Assembly: GCA_026418695.1 (NCBI GenBank)
Contig: JAOAAU010000148.1
Coordinates: forward strand, 16,354 to 80,353
From: Clostridia bacterium
GTDB taxonomy: Bacteria; Bacillota; Clostridia; Acetivibrionales; JAFADI01
DNA: 64,000 bases
Direction of reading: 5' to 3'
Positions 59,670-64,000 of this stretch are shown piece by piece. Under the pieces are notes generated by a model that did no database searches, was not told the DNA's origin, and saw only the letters and a program-made list of their open reading frames with translations. Within the stretch, counting starts at the first letter, position 1. Every line of letters begins with the position of its first letter. The translations under genes and the position numbers were made by a program.

Positions 59670-60692
59670 TTACCACGAACCTAAAACTGCAGTTTCTTCG
59701 ATTTCATGCTTCTTATTTCTCATCATCAAATCCATGACCGCTTGCTTTGCACTCTTTCCGTTGAAGAGCACTTCATAAGCCTCGGAAGTAATCGGCATGG
59801 ATATATTCATCTTCGTAGACAGCTCGTAAGCGGCTTTCGCTGTAGTAACCCCTTCTACTACCATTTTTACTTCGTCAATAGCCTCCTGCATGGATTTTCC
59901 CTGTCCGATCAGGATTCCAGCCCTTCTGTTTCTGCTGTGCATACTGGTACAGGTTACAATCAGATCCCCGATCCCTGTGAGGCCAGCAAATGTTTGAGGT
60001 TTTGCGCCCATGGCAACACCTAGTCTGGATATTTCAGCCATTCCCCTGGTCATCAAAGCAGCCTTCGTGTTGTCTCCGAATCCCAAACCGTCGGAAATTC
60101 CCGCACAAAGGGCAATAACATTCTTCAGTGCCGCACCCAGCTCAACTCCAACCACATCCGGATTGGTATAGACTCTGAATCTTGGAGACATAAAGATATC
60201 CTGAATAAACTCTGCAGTTTCTTTGCTTTCACAAGCAGACACTACCGTTGTAGGAACTCCCCTCCCTACTTCTTCCGCATGGCTGGGTCCGCAAAGAACT
60301 GCCACCTGCGCCTGGGGAATTTCCTGGCTGATGACTTGGGACAATCTCAACCCGGTCCCCTCCTCAATCCCCTTGGAACAGGAAATCACCAGTTTTCCTT
60401 TATCAATAAACTTCGAAATTCCTTTTGCACTTGAACGAATGGTATGTGAAGGTACTACCATCACAACCGCTTCGGAATCCTTTAAGGCTTCTTCTACATC
60501 CAGGGTACAGGTAACCCCCTCCGGAACAGCAACACCGGGAAGCTTTGATACGTGCTCCCTTTGTTGATTGATCATATCTGCTTCATCTTTAAATATCGTC
60601 CACATTTTTACCTGGTGCCCGTTGTTCGCCAGCAACACCGATAATGCTGTCCCCCAGCTTCCAGCCCCAATGATTGCAATATTTCTTCCCAT
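59670..60692 (-). CDS. gpsA: NAD(P)H-dependent glycerol-3-phosphate dehydrogenase
   Basis: IAIIGAGSWGTALS Rossmann motif, 340 aa. Confidence 0.95.
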   Translation of the reverse strand: MGRNIAIIGAGSWGTALSVLLANNGHQVKMWTIFKDEADMINQQREHVSKLPGVAVPEGVTCTLDVEEALKDSEAVVMVVPSHTIRSSAKGISKFIDKGKLVISCSKGIEEGTGLRLSQVISQEIPQAQVAVLCGPSHAEEVGRGVPTTVVSACESKETAEFIQDIFMSPRFRVYTNPDVVGVELGAALKNVIALCAGISDGLGFGDNTKAALMTRGMAEISRLGVAMGAKPQTFAGLTGIGDLIVTCTSMHSRNRRAGILIGQGKSMQEAIDEVKMVVEGVTTAKAAYELSTKMNISMPITSEAYEVLFNGKSAKQAVMDLMMRNKKHEIEETAVLGSW

Positions 60693-60714
60693 ATGGTATC
60701 AACCCCATTTCATC

Positions 60715-60749
60715 GAATTAAGAATTAAGATTTAAGAATTAAGAAATTT
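60715..60749. repeat. Tandem heptamer array GAATTAA x4-5
   Basis: GAATTAA GAATTAA GATTTAA GAATTAA GAAATTT, just upstream of the gpsA SD on the transcript. Confidence 0.8.
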
Positions 60750-60850
60750 AAACAAAACTTGATAGTTAAAATAATAAAGAAAACTGAAGTTAAATTCGTT
60801 CACGATCACTCAATTAAATAAACTTCATGTTTAACTGTATACACCCTATT

Positions 60851-60878
60851 TTCTTCATTCTTCACTCTTCATTCTTTA
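60851..60878. repeat. Tandem heptamer array TTCTTCA x4
   Basis: TTCTTCA TTCTTCA CTCTTCA TTCTTTA, beginning 3 nt from the plsY stop codon. Its reverse complement matches 60720-60745 at 22 of 26 positions. Confidence 0.8.
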
Positions 60879-60881
60879 CTG

Positions 60882-61478
60882 CTATGCCTTCTTGCTGCCA
60901 AACTTGGATTCAGTACCATTCAAAATACGTTGAATGTTGCCGCGATGCCTTACAACGGCGAGTACAGCAAGAATTGCTGCAAAGACTACAAACTCCAGCG
61001 GCTTTTTAAATAAAAAGCCGATCACCGGAAAAAGTGCTGAGCAAATCATAGAGCCCAGAGAGATATATCTTGTGACAGCTACAATGATAATAAATACACC
61101 AAGCAGCATAAGGCCGAGCTTCCAGTCCATCATCAGCACAACAGAAAAGGACGTGAAGATTCCCTTGCCGCCTTTAAAACCAAAATAAACAGGCCAGTTG
61201 TGTCCAATGACCGCAGCCAATCCCCCAAGCATTAATCCAATATCTCCAGCAATAAACATTCCGATGAGACAGGATAAGACGCCTTTGAGCACGTCTCCGA
61301 TTCCAACAAGCGCCGCCGCGCCTTTACCCAGGGTTCTTAACGTATTGGTCGCTCCGGCATTTCCGCTTCCGTGCAGTCTGACATCAATTCCATAAAATTT
61401 GCCGACAATTATAGAAGTATTGGCACTTCCCATCAAGTACCCGATTAAAGCAACAACCACGAGTTTAAGGATATCCAT
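60882..61478 (-). CDS. plsY: Glycerol-3-phosphate acyltransferase PlsY
   Basis: GSGNAGATN and GGKG motifs, 198 aa polytopic protein. Confidence 0.93.
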   Translation of the reverse strand: MDILKLVVVALIGYLMGSANTSIIVGKFYGIDVRLHGSGNAGATNTLRTLGKGAAALVGIGDVLKGVLSCLIGMFIAGDIGLMLGGLAAVIGHNWPVYFGFKGGKGIFTSFSVVLMMDWKLGLMLLGVFIIIVAVTRYISLGSMICSALFPVIGFLFKKPLEFVVFAAILAVLAVVRHRGNIQRILNGTESKFGSKKA

Positions 61479-61614
61479 TAAGCAGTTCCTCCTGTATACA
61501 TGCTATTAGCCCCTTTACCTTTATTAACAACTGGCAACCCAATGTGTCGCCACTACAAAGAATCAAACATTCAGCGGTTACCAAGTATCAATAATCTATA
61601 ACCTATTACCCGTT

Positions 61615-62937
61615 TCATTCTCTGTCTTTTTCCCTCAACATAAACCGAATGGGCGTTCCTTCAAAGCCAAAGCTTTTTCTTAAATGATTTTCAATGTACC
61701 TTTGATAGGAATAGTGCATGAGTTCCATATCATTGACAAAGATAATAAACGTCGGCGGCTTGACTCCTGCCTGGGTCATGTAATAAATCTTCAAACGCTT
61801 GCCCTTGTCTGAAGGCGGTTGAACCATTGCTGTCGCTTCATTGACCAGGTCATTGAGCATTCCTGTAGAAATTCTGAATGCGGCCTGGTTTGCAACATAT
61901 TTAATCAACTCATAAATCTTGTTTACTCTCTGCCCTGTCTTTGCAGAGATGAAAATTACAGGAGCATAGGTCATGAAACCCAGCTTTTCATGAACGGTCT
62001 TTCTGTATTCTTCCAGGGTTCCGGTTTCCTTCTCCACCAGGTCCCATTTATTGACGATGATAATGGAGGCCTTTCCCTGATCATGGGCATAACCGGCAAT
62101 TTTTGTATCCTGTTCGGTGACTCCATCGGTAGCATCGATCATAATCAGGCAGACATCCGCCCGTTCAACCGCTGTCCAGGAACGAATGATACTGTATTTT
62201 TCGATGCTTTCTACGATCTTGCTCTTTCTTCGGATCCCCGCAGTATCGATAAAAACAAACTTGCTGTCTTCCATCTCCACATAGGTATCGATGGCATCCC
62301 TCGTCGTCCCGGGAATATCACTGACAATCACTCTTTCTTCACCGATGATTTTATTGATGAGGGAGGATTTTCCGGCATTCGGTTTGCCTATGACAGCGAC
62401 CTTAATGACATCTTCATCATATTCCTCTTGCTCACCTTCGGGGAAATGCTGATAAACCTCATCCAACAGGTCTCCGATCCCCAAACCGTGAATGGATGAA
62501 ATGGTGAGCATGTCTCCAAGACCCAGGTTATAGAACTCATAGACTTCAGGAGGTGGGTCTCCTACCCTGTCCACTTTATTGACAACCAAAATCACCGGCT
62601 TGTTGGTCTTCCTCAACATGGTTGATACTTCTCTGTCCGAAGCCGTCATCCCATCCTTCGCATCCACCATGAAAACAATAACATCTGCTGTCTCAATGGC
62701 TACTTCCGCCTGACGTCTCATTTGCTGCATGATCAGGTCTTCCGAGTAAGGTTCAATCCCCCCGGTATCAATCATGGTAAACTTTCTATTTCTCCATTCC
62801 ACTTCCGCATAAATCCTGTCACGGGTCACACCAGGAGTATCTTCAACAATAGAAATCCTTTTCCCGGCAATATAATTAAACAATGTGGATTTTCCTACAT
62901 TTGGCCTTCCTACGATGGCTACAATTGGCTTTGCCAA
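61615..62937 (-). CDS. der: Ribosome-associated GTPase Der (EngA), tandem G domains plus KH-like domain
   Basis: [12 protein letters not shown] and [12 protein letters not shown]. Confidence 0.96.
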   Translation of the reverse strand: MAKPIVAIVGRPNVGKSTLFNYIAGKRISIVEDTPGVTRDRIYAEVEWRNRKFTMIDTGGIEPYSEDLIMQQMRRQAEVAIETADVIVFMVDAKDGMTASDREVSTMLRKTNKPVILVVNKVDRVGDPPPEVYEFYNLGLGDMLTISSIHGLGIGDLLDEVYQHFPEGEQEEYDEDVIKVAVIGKPNAGKSSLINKIIGEERVIVSDIPGTTRDAIDTYVEMEDSKFVFIDTAGIRRKSKIVESIEKYSIIRSWTAVERADVCLIMIDATDGVTEQDTKIAGYAHDQGKASIIIVNKWDLVEKETGTLEEYRKTVHEKLGFMTYAPVIFISAKTGQRVNKIYELIKYVANQAAFRISTGMLNDLVNEATAMVQPPSDKGKRLKIYYMTQAGVKPPTFIIFVNDMELMHYSYQRYIENHLRKSFGFEGTPIRFMLREKDRE

Positions 62938-63083
62938 TCCCTTACACCTCCATTACTAAGCTCGAACAATTAGAAATAAACTATGTATAATCATACCGAA
63001 GTATGGGATGGAACATCAACTTCTGCATCTAAAGCGTTTTCCATGAATATTGTATATCATAAATGCAAGTAAGTATATCCTCT

Positions 63084-64000
63084 TTATGCTTCAGTATCCT
63101 TCTCAAGTCCAAGAATCTTATCTATCAAGTCTTTTCCGCTGTTTTCAACTATAGAAACTTTTATACCCAGGTTTTCTGCCAGCATGTCTACTGAAAAGTC
63201 ATCCAGAAAAATCTTCTCGCCTGCTTTCAGCATGCATTTACAAATCAGAAGTTCTTCTCCCAATTCCTTGCCTACTAATTGAGATAAAACATCCTTTCCG
63301 GTCAGCAGTCCTGTCACTGTTACATTTTCCCCGAAAAAGAAGTTTTTTATTTCATAAACCTTTACTTTTATACTGGGGAATCGCGCTTCCAAACGATCAG
63401 CTAACTCTCTGATATACTCGAAGGCAGAAACACCCGTAGCAATGCTTACTGTTCTTTTTGCAGTTTTATCAATTTGAAGGGTTTCCATGTACTCCTCAAA
63501 TTCATTTCTTAACAGTGCGATCAAGCCAACACCGTTCTCCAGCTGGGGAAAATCCTCATAGTGTTCAAATTCCGGCAGCTTCAACCCCGCAAGAATATAA
63601 AATTCATCAGCAAGATAGACAACTCTGGATCCATGTTCTTTCAGCAATTTCGATTGCCAGCGGGAAACCTGTTCTATGACTTGCTGTGCCGACTCCTTGT
63701 CAAAAGGAAGCATTGGAGTTAGTTTGTCTCTGTAGCGGGTGATCCCTACCGGTACGATCGAAATACTGTTCATTCCCGGGTAAAGAGCACTTAACTCCTT
63801 CAAAGACCGTTCCAATTCTGCACCATCGTTAAAACCCCGGCACAAAACAATCTGGCAGTTGACTGTAATCCCCGCATCGGTAAGTCTTTTTATTTTATCG
63901 AGAACATCGCCTGCAAACCGGTTATGAAGCATCCGAACTCTCAATTCCGGATTGGTTGTATGTACGGATACATTAATGGGAGACATTCTGTATCGAATGA
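63084..64000 (-). CDS. DUF512-type protein (radical-SAM-associated), N-terminus beyond the window
   Basis: The reading frame stays open to the window edge. VSVHTTNPELRVRMLHNRFAG and the C-terminal DUF512-like region. It has the typical position upstream of der in Clostridia. Confidence 0.75.
   Translation of the reverse strand, partial: IRYRMSPINVSVHTTNPELRVRMLHNRFAGDVLDKIKRLTDAGITVNCQIVLCRGFNDGAELERSLKELSALYPGMNSISIVPVGITRYRDKLTPMLPFDKESAQQVIEQVSRWQSKLLKEHGSRVVYLADEFYILAGLKLPEFEHYEDFPQLENGVGLIALLRNEFEEYMETLQIDKTAKRTVSIATGVSAFEYIRELADRLEARFPSIKVKVYEIKNFFFGENVTVTGLLTGKDVLSQLVGKELGEELLICKCMLKAGEKIFLDDFSVDMLAENLGIKVSIVENSGKDLIDKILGLEKDTEA

Noticed and set aside
60851-60878. Purine-rich repeats on the minus-strand RNA (GAAGAAU units) as a TRAP-binding triplet array, given the mtrB gene in the window.
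   Set aside because: The period is 7 nt (4-nt spacers) and the triplets are mostly AAG/GAA. TRAP needs GAG/UAG triplets with 2-3 nt spacers and about 9-11 repeats.

Overview
This 64-kb window comes from a low-GC, endospore-forming Firmicute that looks Clostridia-like: it carries sigK with a pro-sequence, spoIVA, a ytvI-like gene, HD-GYP proteins and a YesM/YesN-type sugar locus. I support about 57 protein genes. All but six are on the minus strand, so the minus strand is probably the leading strand. Most of the content is core housekeeping:
- pyrH-tsf-rpsB
- sigK, a class B PBP, and the mltG / O-methyltransferase / U32 peptidase block
- typA, mutS2, a Fur-controlled feo operon, a cell-wall amidase
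- pgsA, pfkA, dnaE, pgcA-like phosphomutase, psd
- spoIVA-gpsA-plsY-der and a DUF512-like gene

The accessory part spans roughly 37.3-48.0 kb. It holds a sugar ABC transporter, YesM/YesN-like two-component system, TauE-like permease, GH42 beta-galactosidase and an AraC regulator. A five-gene chemosensory operon (cheR-cheA-cheB-cheW-mcp) lies at 50.6-57.3 kb. I found no rRNA, tRNA, CRISPR array, IS element, integrase or prophage signature.

The observations most worth a second look:
1. The CheA carries an inserted tandem motif that matches the MshEN/T2SSE_N c-di-GMP-binding signature. The operon has no CheY, and the window also encodes two HD-GYP phosphodiesterase paralogs.
2. A tight four-gene operon pairs a J-domain protein ending in a cysteine string (10 Cys in its last 25 residues) with a CxxC protein of unknown function, a polytopic membrane protein and a 3D-domain wall protein.
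3. An orphan plus-strand gene encodes a 14-Cys protein with no family I recognise.
4. A clear TRAP (mtrB) homolog sits away from any folE or trp genes.
5. feoB is split into translationally overlapped G-domain and permease genes, followed by a zinc-ribbon ORF and feoA.
6. A 48-nt palindromic element occurs at two unrelated loci.
7. Heptamer tandem arrays form a long imperfect inverted repeat in the plsY-gpsA spacer.

All functional calls rest on motif and sequence recognition by eye. No searches were run.
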